Source: Verrucomicrobiota bacterium
GTDB lineage: Bacteria; Verrucomicrobiota; Verrucomicrobiia; Limisphaerales; AAA164-E04
Assembly (NCBI GenBank): GCA_023257935.1
Contig: JALRAZ010000454.1
Coordinates: 3,214-67,213, forward strand
Length of the DNA: 64,000 nt
Reading direction: 5' to 3'
Shown in pieces: positions 35,947-44,230 of the stretch. The position numbers and the translations under genes were made by a program. How positions within the stretch are numbered: position 1 is the stretch's first letter; each line of letters opens with the position of its first letter. The notes beneath the pieces were generated by a model. It was not told the DNA's origin. It worked only from the letters and a program-made list of their open reading frames with translations, and ran no database searches.

Positions 35947-36978
35947 ATGCAAACGATTCATTCAGCCAAAGGCGCCCGCAAGGCCATGGGCACTCGATTT
36001 GAAGTGGTTTTACACGGCTCACAGCCCCTGAACTGGCTCCAATCGGTCATTGAAGAGGTGCTGGATGAAATCGAGCGAATCGAGAGCCAACTGAGTCGCT
36101 ATGACTCAGCCAGCCAAATAGCCCGGCTCAATCGCCTGGGAGCCCTTCAGCCTGTCAGGATGGAGCCTCAGATATTCAATCTGCTTCAGCAGTGCCGAGA
36201 CCTAACGGAGCTGACGAAGGGAGCTTTTGATATCACGAGTGGCCCCCTTCTTCGATGCTGGGGCTTCGCTGACAGGGACTACAGAAAACCATCGCAACAA
36301 AGCCTTGAACAAGCCATGGAATGTGTTGGGATGCATCACGTTGAGTTCCACCCAGATCATTACAGTGTTTCATTTGACCGAGAGGGTGTCAGCTTGGACC
36401 TGGGTGCAGTGGGCAAAGGCTACGCCATGAATTGTGCACGGGAAATCCTTCAGGACTACGAAATCACCAGCGGCATCATCCATGGAGGCACCAGCACGGT
36501 TTGTGCCATCGGCTGCCCACCTGAGGACGACGCCTGGCACGTTGGCATTGTTAGACCCGAAAAAGATCCGGCATCTCCCTTTTCCGATTCGGAGGCCCTG
36601 GCAAATCCAGCTACCCCAAGGGACCTGCTCTCGCAAATACCCCTTAAGAATCGAAGCCTTTCGGTCTCAGCGGTATGGGGTAAATATTTTCAGCAGGATG
36701 GCAAAAACTACGGGCATGTCATCGACCCCAGAACAGGCCATCCGACTCAGGGTATCTGGCTCAGTGCCTTAGTGGGACAGGATGCCATGGTGACGGATGC
36801 TTTGACCACAGCCATGTTAGTCGATGGAGCCGATCTGGCTAGACGGCTTCATACAGAAGACCCGGCATTAGCCTGGCTGATTATCCAGGAAGAGGGCGAT
36901 CATACTAACTACTCCACGCAAGCGGAAGGTATACTCATAGGTGAGCACACTCTCATTGAGAAGCAGGAGGCAGGTTGA
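35947..36978 (+). CDS. apbE: FAD:protein FMN transferase (ApbE family), no obvious signal peptide
   Basis: The ATG at 35947 lies after the terminator; the track start at 35890 is TTG and would run through the hairpin. AMGTRFEVVLHG, LGAVGKGYA and GHVIDPRTGHP are ApbE hallmarks. Confidence 0.88.
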   Translation: MQTIHSAKGARKAMGTRFEVVLHGSQPLNWLQSVIEEVLDEIERIESQLSRYDSASQIARLNRLGALQPVRMEPQIFNLLQQCRDLTELTKGAFDITSGPLLRCWGFADRDYRKPSQQSLEQAMECVGMHHVEFHPDHYSVSFDREGVSLDLGAVGKGYAMNCAREILQDYEITSGIIHGGTSTVCAIGCPPEDDAWHVGIVRPEKDPASPFSDSEALANPATPRDLLSQIPLKNRSLSVSAVWGKYFQQDGKNYGHVIDPRTGHPTQGIWLSALVGQDAMVTDALTTAMLVDGADLARRLHTEDPALAWLIIQEEGDHTNYSTQAEGILIGEHTLIEKQEAG

Positions 36979-38721
36979 TCAAGGACTCTGGTTGGCGAGA
37001 CCAAGCCTCCAGGTGAGCTGCTCTAATTCCTGTGGAGCAATCAGACCATCCTGAATTTTCTCCATGGCGTGAGCCCTTAGAGATTGCCAGCCAGATTGCA
37101 TGGCGATCTGTCTAAATTCACCGATCGATCCCCCGCGGGTTATAGCCTCGACCAATTCATCCTGCATGAACAAGAATTCGTAGACTGCTACCCTGCCCTT
37201 GTAACCCCTGCCTTGGCAATGCTCACAGCCAAGGCCTTGGCTAGCTTTGATGGCATCCATTGGCAGAGAAAGAACCTGAGCCATCTCTTCGACCAGTCTG
37301 GGATCAAGCTCATAATCCAGCGTCTTGCAATGATCACATATTTTCCTGGTCAATCTTTGAGCTACTGAGGCTTCCAGTCCGGCAGCAATCAGGTAAGGGT
37401 CCACTCCCATGCCTACTAATCTCGGGATCACGCCAATACTGTTATTCGCATGCAAGGTGGATAACACAAGGTGACCGGTCTGAGCCGCTCGTATGGCAAT
37501 TTGAGCCGTATCATGATCTCGGATTTCACCCACCAACACCACATCTGGGTCGTGGCGCAGCACCGAACGTAAGCCACTCGCAAAATTAAGTCCTATGTCC
37601 TCACGAGTCTGAATCTGGGAAATACCATCCATTTGGTATTCAACTGGATCTTCGATCGTGACAATTTTACGCCCTTCGTGATTGGCTTGAGCCAGAGCTG
37701 CATACAGAGTCGTGGTCTTGCCGCTACCTGTGGGTCCCGTCAAAAGAATCAATCCCTGTGGCAGGTTAACCAGTCGACCAAAGAGCTCTTCTTGAGCTCG
37801 GTTCATCCCCAATTGATTTAGGTTTAAAAGCAGGCTTTCTCGCCCGAGGATCCGCAAACAAACCGTTTCACCGTGCTGTGTTGGGATCACTGATACTCTT
37901 AAATCGAATGGTTCACCTCGATTACGCATGGATATCCGACCATCGTGTGGTAAGCGCTTTTCTGAAATATCCAAATCAGCCATCACCTTGAGGCGAGAGA
38001 CAATGGCCCCATACAACTGCTTCAAGTCGGATGGAAGGGCTACTTTCTGTAGCACACCATCAATGCGATAGCGTAGTCGTATTGTATCCCGGTAGGGTTC
38101 TATATGGATGTCTGTAGCATGCAGGTCTAGCGCATCATTAAGGATCTGATCGACTAGTTTGGAAATGGCCCCTTCCTTGATCAACCCCTTGGATTCTGGC
38201 GAAACTTCATAAATGGGTGCCAAATCAGAGTCTTCTGACACGTTATCAGTTTCGAGTTGATCAACCGTCTCAGCACCCAAGCCAAATAGATTTCTGATAT
38301 GAGCTCTGATACGACTGGGTGGGGATAAGGCAACTTGAATGCGCTTACCCAGAAGTAGTCTCAAATTACCCAACTCCAGAGGATCGGGCACATCGCCGAA
38401 TGCCATCACAATGCCTCCTTCATCATCAGAGATGGGGAGCATTTCGTAATGAAATATGAGTTTGGATGGGATCGATTTAATCAGAGCACTGTCGGGCTGA
38501 TAATGCTCCAACGCTGCGTAGTCGTAATGCTCCAGCTCGGCATTGGCTTGCACGATGGCCTCTTCCGACAACAATCCCAGTGCGAAAAGAACCCTAACGG
38601 TAGATTCACCCGTACCCTGCTGTCTGGATCGAACCTCCAATAGCTCCTTTTCCAGCAAAAGGCCTCGTGCGTGGAGGATATCCCCCACATCCATATCTCT
38701 CTGAGGTCGCTTACTTTCCAT
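36979..38721 (-). CDS. GspE/PilB-type secretion/pilus-assembly ATPase
   Basis: Has an N-terminal T2SSE_N-like domain. Walker A is LLTGPTGSGKTTT. Asp/His boxes are present (TIEDPVEY, LRHDPDV). Carries the tetracysteine CDHC ... CEHC typical of GspE/PilB and absent from PilT. ATG at 38721 or GTG at 38727 (GTGA overlap with the upstream stop). Confidence 0.92.
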   Translation of the reverse strand: MESKRPQRDMDVGDILHARGLLLEKELLEVRSRQQGTGESTVRVLFALGLLSEEAIVQANAELEHYDYAALEHYQPDSALIKSIPSKLIFHYEMLPISDDEGGIVMAFGDVPDPLELGNLRLLLGKRIQVALSPPSRIRAHIRNLFGLGAETVDQLETDNVSEDSDLAPIYEVSPESKGLIKEGAISKLVDQILNDALDLHATDIHIEPYRDTIRLRYRIDGVLQKVALPSDLKQLYGAIVSRLKVMADLDISEKRLPHDGRISMRNRGEPFDLRVSVIPTQHGETVCLRILGRESLLLNLNQLGMNRAQEELFGRLVNLPQGLILLTGPTGSGKTTTLYAALAQANHEGRKIVTIEDPVEYQMDGISQIQTREDIGLNFASGLRSVLRHDPDVVLVGEIRDHDTAQIAIRAAQTGHLVLSTLHANNSIGVIPRLVGMGVDPYLIAAGLEASVAQRLTRKICDHCKTLDYELDPRLVEEMAQVLSLPMDAIKASQGLGCEHCQGRGYKGRVAVYEFLFMQDELVEAITRGGSIGEFRQIAMQSGWQSLRAHAMEKIQDGLIAPQELEQLTWRLGLANQSP

Positions 38722-38723
38722 GT

Positions 38724-39272
38724 TCACGGCAGAGGGATGACAATCTTGGTCGGTTGACTGAAAGGGATGCTATGCTTGACCCCGTCAGATGATTTGAGAA
38801 TTAACTGTTTCGATTCAATGCTCTCGATGATCAAGTCACTCCCAACTTGGCTTCCTTCTGCCCCCTTGACCTGCTTATCGTCCAGACTCATGAAAGCCTG
38901 CACCTCCCCTTGACTACTTTCAAACCATCCTTGAAAGGTCACGCTCAACTCTCGGGTCGTAGGAGCCGGCGCAGGAGGCGGCTTCGGTGGGGGGGTAAAA
39001 CGATCCGTGTAAAATGGGTTTTCTTGTCCCGCCCAAAGGCTTTCTGGCATGGATGGCTCATATCCTGGCCTGGATTGAAATCGCTCAAGGAACTGAGGCA
39101 GATTCTTAGAATGACTCTCATTTGCATCCGCGCTGGCATCCCAATCCGGCAGGCCTCCGCCAAAACGCATACTGATCTGCAAGGACATCACAACTAGAAC
39201 CATAATCAGGATGATTGATTCCCATCGGTTCCTTGACCAGCGGCCAGTCGGATTGGAGGAGTCACTACTCAC
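38724..39272 (-). CDS. Bitopic membrane protein: TM helix, Pro-rich linker, small beta-rich C-domain (PilP/GspC-like by architecture only)
   Basis: GTG start at 39272; there is no in-frame ATG before the TM helix. TM helix: WESIILIMVLVVMSLQI. Linker: TPPPKPPPAPAPTT. The C-terminal roughly 80 aa alternate hydrophobic and polar residues. It overlaps the upstream gene by 8 nt. Confidence 0.7.
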   Translation of the reverse strand: MSSDSSNPTGRWSRNRWESIILIMVLVVMSLQISMRFGGGLPDWDASADANESHSKNLPQFLERFQSRPGYEPSMPESLWAGQENPFYTDRFTPPPKPPPAPAPTTRELSVTFQGWFESSQGEVQAFMSLDDKQVKGAEGSQVGSDLIIESIESKQLILKSSDGVKHSIPFSQPTKIVIPLP

Positions 39273-40116
39273 CAGAACCTCCCTTCACTGCAAGGTTATG
39301 ATAATGGAAACCTTCAACCAGCAGATCGAGTGTGACTTTGTCATCGGGTGCGGGTCCTGCCTTCTGTAGCATTACGCCTCCCACGTAGAGAGCAGGCCTT
39401 TCCCAATATGGGCTTGGTAGGCCCAGCTCCTTGGCTTCACTACCTCTTAGGGGGAGAGTGCGAATCAATTGCTGAACTGATGCCATATTGGCAAGCATTT
39501 GAAGGCGAAACCTCGATATCCTCAGACCACGATCCGCAGGCACTTGCGAATCTGTGAGTAGGGTCTCAAAACCATCTATCCGCTCGGGTTGACAGGCAAT
39601 GCTCAGCGAGAGCAGATGCTTGGCAAGGGCAAAGTCTACCCAGAGAAAACTAGGGTTGTCGACCCCCGTGGAGTGTTGTGGCAGCCCATCCAAAACTTCA
39701 GCAGCTAGCCCCACTTTACTTGCTGCAGCTTCACGCCGTATTGACTCCTGGAGGGTAGCCAGAGCGTTCTCGTACTCAACCAATTGAAAGGGGCTCTCCA
39801 GTTTGCTCTGGTCAGATTCAGTCAATAGAATGCGACTAATCAGTTCGGCCTCGTTATCCATGAAGCGAGACAGGGTTGCATTCATGGCATCCGGCAAATC
39901 ATCAAGCTCCCCCATCGTCAGCATACCACCCAGTCGATTCGTCTGCATGGAAAGGGAAAGTCTTCGCCATGAATCCTGCAATGGCACGTCCATTTGATCG
40001 ATCCGGTCATCCAAAGGAAGGTAAAAACCCAGGAACAACGTCGACCAGGTGATCACAAAGGCAGCAATCCATCGCACATCGCTAACAAGTCTGTGAACAA
40101 AACCTTTCATGGTCAT
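39265..40116 (-). CDS. Bitopic membrane protein (283 aa), GspM/PilO-like by architecture only
   Basis: The ATG at 40116 overlaps the upstream stop (ATGA). It has a single N-terminal TM helix (WIAAFVITWSTLFLGFYL) and about 245 periplasmic residues with no motif I recognise. Confidence 0.7.
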   Translation of the reverse strand: MTMKGFVHRLVSDVRWIAAFVITWSTLFLGFYLPLDDRIDQMDVPLQDSWRRLSLSMQTNRLGGMLTMGELDDLPDAMNATLSRFMDNEAELISRILLTESDQSKLESPFQLVEYENALATLQESIRREAAASKVGLAAEVLDGLPQHSTGVDNPSFLWVDFALAKHLLSLSIACQPERIDGFETLLTDSQVPADRGLRISRFRLQMLANMASVQQLIRTLPLRGSEAKELGLPSPYWERPALYVGGVMLQKAGPAPDDKVTLDLLVEGFHYHNLAVKGGSGE

Positions 40117-41885
40117 GGATTCACTTGATCGGGTCTAGGCGTAAACCCATTCCAATTCACTTTTCCCTCTTGGGCTGCTTCAGCGCTCTGCTCCTGATCT
40201 ATTGAATCCAGCAACTCAAGGCTGATTGCAAAATGCTGATTCGGAAGTAGGACATCAGGAGAGACAATGGCGCGACGCGTATTGCTTGGAAGCGTGTCAG
40301 CACGAACGACGTAATCCGATGCCTGGAAAACACCCACCAGATCTTCTAAACTTCGTCGCATGCTCTCGCCCTGGCGGTCAATAACGAGCTCAAGAATCAG
40401 TCCTTGCTGGAGTGACACACGGTTAGTCAATACAACTGGAACAGCATTGGTATCACCCACTGCCATCTCTTGAAGCCTTCCACCCTCTTCATAGTAGGTT
40501 TCTTGGTCTGCAAGCAATACCGCCCAACCCAGACCGTTTGTCCTCAAAGTTTGCATGCGATCAAGCGTTTTCAGCACAGCCATAGTCTGGTCTTCGGCAT
40601 GCACAAGGGGCTGGAGCATCTGATACTCCTGCTTAAGGCTATCAAAAACAATCAAGCTCTGATCCACTCGCTCTTCTACCATGGATAATTGATCCAGAAG
40701 CCCTGCCTTAAGTTTCCAAAGCACCGCCTTTTGAGCAAAGGCTACTAGAAGCATTAACGAAACCAGAACACACCCAGCCAAAGCAGCCGAACGCAGGGCA
40801 CTGTCTACCTGTCGCTGATCCCATGCTTCCTTGATTGCTTCGGGCAAAAGGGAGGGAACCATCAAGTTTTTCTTTGTAATTGTCTGGCAAGCTCCGAATT
40901 GTCTTAGGCGGTTTACTTTCAACCCTGAAAGATTACCCATTGCGATATCCTCAAACGCCACAAACTTGCATGCCAAATGTTGCTCGAGCTGTTCCTCCCA
41001 TATGGATTGATGGGAATCCCCTGTGATAAGAAGGCATGCCAACTCCTGGTCATCACCCTTTTTGAGCCGACCGTCGCGGCTTAGATATTCCTTGATGCTT
41101 CGGGCTATCTCATTGGCCCAAGCTGGCCCCATCGCTTTGATCCCATCAACCATTTGATTGGAACGTGTCGGAAGGGATGATTGGGAGCCCCCCAAACGTA
41201 GTGGCCCCATTGAACGCTGGCCACGCTCACGAGCCAACTCCGCGCCCATGGCAAAGCAATGTGCCAGGCAGGGTGTTCTGCTATCGAACAGACTGATAGA
41301 TGTGCTACCATCGAAAACCTCGATAAGCAACCAAGGCCGCTCTGGAATGCGAAGGCTTTGAAGGGCAGCCCAATACGCGTCATGGCTGGAAAGCACATCG
41401 CAAATAGCCACATCGACCAAGTCAAGTTCGTCAATGATCTGGGTAATTTCCTGATGCTGGCAATAGGTCACCCAATAATCAGACTGAGAGGCATCTCCAC
41501 CTGAGAGAAGCACGTGATCAAGGATCACATGTCGATTGCCAAGACCAGATAGTTTTTCAGCCTGCTGCTCAAGATCGGTTTCAAGCTGTTGAGGAGAACT
41601 CGCATGGCAGCGTAGCGCCTGAGAAATGGTCAAGGTTGGAGGAAGCACCAAAATCCAGGATTCCTCACGATGCAGGGCAACAAAAGCAACCCATTCCTCG
41701 GCTGACTTGAGCCCCTTTTTCCTGATGGCTCCATCACCGCGAGCAAAAAGTTCACATTGAAGCTCAACGAGCCCATTTGATGTGATTGAATAAACCCCAG
41801 CACGCACCCAATCGTGCTCAGGCATGATGACCACCAACTGCCGTTGCCGCCAGAGCATTTGTTTGATCCGCTGGATCATGACCAT
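40113..41885 (-). CDS. Bitopic protein: ~370-aa cytoplasmic domain, one TM helix, ~200-aa periplasmic domain (GspL or fused PilM-PilN-like by architecture only)
   Basis: The ATG at 41885 lies 5 nt after the secretin stop. The central TM helix is AALAGCVLVSLMLLVAFA, followed by a coiled segment. I cannot see a clear actin-like ATP-binding motif by eye. Confidence 0.7.
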   Translation of the reverse strand: MVMIQRIKQMLWRQRQLVVIMPEHDWVRAGVYSITSNGLVELQCELFARGDGAIRKKGLKSAEEWVAFVALHREESWILVLPPTLTISQALRCHASSPQQLETDLEQQAEKLSGLGNRHVILDHVLLSGGDASQSDYWVTYCQHQEITQIIDELDLVDVAICDVLSSHDAYWAALQSLRIPERPWLLIEVFDGSTSISLFDSRTPCLAHCFAMGAELARERGQRSMGPLRLGGSQSSLPTRSNQMVDGIKAMGPAWANEIARSIKEYLSRDGRLKKGDDQELACLLITGDSHQSIWEEQLEQHLACKFVAFEDIAMGNLSGLKVNRLRQFGACQTITKKNLMVPSLLPEAIKEAWDQRQVDSALRSAALAGCVLVSLMLLVAFAQKAVLWKLKAGLLDQLSMVEERVDQSLIVFDSLKQEYQMLQPLVHAEDQTMAVLKTLDRMQTLRTNGLGWAVLLADQETYYEEGGRLQEMAVGDTNAVPVVLTNRVSLQQGLILELVIDRQGESMRRSLEDLVGVFQASDYVVRADTLPSNTRRAIVSPDVLLPNQHFAISLELLDSIDQEQSAEAAQEGKVNWNGFTPRPDQVNP

Positions 41886-41890
41886 CAAAA

Positions 41891-44023
41891 TCAGAACGCG
41901 GAGGAGCGAGGTCGGTTAAATGATAGTGGATCCCCCTGAGGTATTTCCTCATATCTCAGGAATTCTCCAGAATCCGAAACAAGGGTGGCCGTCACGAAGA
42001 TGAGCAGGTAGCGGGGTTTGTCCACTTCGGTGCGGCGCCTGAAAGCAGATCCTATCACGGGGATTTTTCCCAAAATGGGGACCGCTTCCACATAGGTTGA
42101 CTGCTCACGCTCCAAAACCCCGCCCATGACAACCGTCTGACCAGACTGAACAATCACGCGAGTGGCCAGAGACTGGGTCCGTAATTCAGGCAACTTGATT
42201 TCAAAACTCTTGTTCCCATCGGTCACCTCAGCAAATGTCACAATCTTAACGTCCTGATTCACTTCTGGGCTGAGTGCGAGATAGATGCTCTGCCCATCGC
42301 CCCCAATGCTGGCTAACACGTCCAAGGTCACACCAGAGTTAATGGATTTGGGTGCCCCCTTGGGAACAAGTGAGGTATTGAGGCTCACCAAGTTGGAACT
42401 CGCATCGCCACTTTGTATGGACTGGGTCACCTGATATTCCTCATAGTAGTATTGCACTTTACCATCAGAAATAGTGGCAGGTAAGTTATTGACGAGGGTA
42501 AGGCGTGGCGCGCTTAAGGTTTGGGTCTCTCCCTCTTGCTCCAGAGCCGTTAGCGTGACGCTCAAATTCTCACGATCCAACACGTTGGTGAAGGTTTCCT
42601 GCAGCCCCATACCTATATTCGCAGGGCCAAACCCTAGGTTATCACTTGTAGGCTGTCCCTCCAGATCAGACTTACGGCCCGTCTCCCACAAGGCTCCCAA
42701 CTGCATGAAGGCTGCCTCCGATACGGTGATGAAGCGCGCCTCGATAAAGACCTGCTGAAGGTGACGATCATACTCCTCAATAATTCTCTCCAGCACCGCA
42801 AGTTGCTCACGCGTGCCGGTTGCCAGAATAATGTTCCTCTCGTAGTCGATTTCATAGGAAGAACCTTTGAAAAACTTCTTGATGGCATTTTCGATCGCTG
42901 GGGCTCCGGCTGCGCCATCTCTCACAAAGGACTTGGCCTTTTGGTTGGTGACCGTCACGACATCCCCATTTTTCTGCTGTGTCACCGTTTTGTTGATTTC
43001 ATCCGCACCAAAGATGGCTGGTAGGATAAACCCCTTTCGCAAACGATAGATACGGGTTTCCTCAATCGTTTTGGTGGCGTCCTTCCCATCGACAATCCAT
43101 ATCAGGTCATCTCCCACCTGAAATTGCAGGGAAAAATTCCTCTGAATATATTCCAGAAACTCGCCTAATCGTACTTTCTGAAAGTTGACGCTCAGCTTCT
43201 GTTTGAAAGCTTCCAGAGATCGATCCGCAACAAAATTAACCGACTCCCTGTCCCCGATTTCAAAAATAATGGTCTCCAGGTCAACATTATCCATCTTGAC
43301 GGATATTTCCTTGTCGAGCTCTCTGGCCATGCGTCCTTGCTGCGTTGAGAAATCAAACATCTCACTCGACCGCATGATGGTTTTGGTTTTGTTGAAAGAA
43401 TCCGGAACGTAAGGGGTGGATTCGATTTGCTGCACCGCATCTCGTAAATCTTTGCGAGGGGGCAAGCCACGATCGGTCTGTTCGGTCAGAAAGGATTTAA
43501 CTGAAGGACTGAAAACAGAGTTTTTGGAGTCGATCTGACGAATCTTATCCTCCAGAGCCTGGTCTCTTACCATCTGAGACTGTTTAGAAACCCATCGGTA
43601 GATTCTTTCCACCGAGGGATCAAGAGGCCCAGATGCGGCGCTTTCTCGATTGTAGACTTCGGTTGCCAGAGCTTCAGCTTGTTCCCACATGTTGCGGTTA
43701 GCCAAACTGAAGATCTGCCTGAACTCATCGTCATAGCGCAAATTATACTGAATTTTCGAATCCTCGAATGCCTGATAATCGCGAGCAACGTCGTCGGTCT
43801 GCTGCTTAGTCGACTCTGCGGAGCGTATGGGTGCTTCCTCAGGTTTTGCCTCGGCCACTTCAGTAGGGGTCGTGGTGCAGCTAGTGAAACCAATCAACCC
43901 GACCATACAAAAAAGCCACCCTGAATGGTTCAGGCACTTAATTAGGCTGCGCGGCGAGCTAGGACTTTCCGACAAGGGAATTCCCGGGGCCTTTTTTGTC
44001 TCATTTGATTTGGAGTTGAGCAT
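41891..44023 (-). CDS. Secretin (GspD/PilQ family), predicted lipoprotein with long N-terminal extension
   Basis: The C-terminal secretin domain runs from VFIEARFITVSEAAFMQLGALW to VVMGGVLEREQSTYVEAVPILGKIPVIGSAFRRR...YLLIFVTATLV. N0/N1-like repeats lie upstream of it (NIILATGTREQLAVLERIIEEYD). Signal with lipobox: LFCMVGLIGFTSC. Confidence 0.9.
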   Translation of the reverse strand: MLNSKSNETKKAPGIPLSESPSSPRSLIKCLNHSGWLFCMVGLIGFTSCTTTPTEVAEAKPEEAPIRSAESTKQQTDDVARDYQAFEDSKIQYNLRYDDEFRQIFSLANRNMWEQAEALATEVYNRESAASGPLDPSVERIYRWVSKQSQMVRDQALEDKIRQIDSKNSVFSPSVKSFLTEQTDRGLPPRKDLRDAVQQIESTPYVPDSFNKTKTIMRSSEMFDFSTQQGRMARELDKEISVKMDNVDLETIIFEIGDRESVNFVADRSLEAFKQKLSVNFQKVRLGEFLEYIQRNFSLQFQVGDDLIWIVDGKDATKTIEETRIYRLRKGFILPAIFGADEINKTVTQQKNGDVVTVTNQKAKSFVRDGAAGAPAIENAIKKFFKGSSYEIDYERNIILATGTREQLAVLERIIEEYDRHLQQVFIEARFITVSEAAFMQLGALWETGRKSDLEGQPTSDNLGFGPANIGMGLQETFTNVLDRENLSVTLTALEQEGETQTLSAPRLTLVNNLPATISDGKVQYYYEEYQVTQSIQSGDASSNLVSLNTSLVPKGAPKSINSGVTLDVLASIGGDGQSIYLALSPEVNQDVKIVTFAEVTDGNKSFEIKLPELRTQSLATRVIVQSGQTVVMGGVLEREQSTYVEAVPILGKIPVIGSAFRRRTEVDKPRYLLIFVTATLVSDSGEFLRYEEIPQGDPLSFNRPRSSAF

Positions 44024-44230
44024 GCAAGCATGGTGGGTGAAAACAGAACATCATCGCGTTGAGCGATGACAGTTAGCTTCACCTTAACCCATCAATATGC
44101 TTCATATCTCCTTAAAATCAAATGGCAAGCAGGACAGAATCTCAGGAGGCCCAGTTCTGAAAAGCATTCCAGCCGAAGTGGATCCCCTATTGAAGTTGAG
44201 AAATCCAACAATGCGCCGACACCTAGCAAC

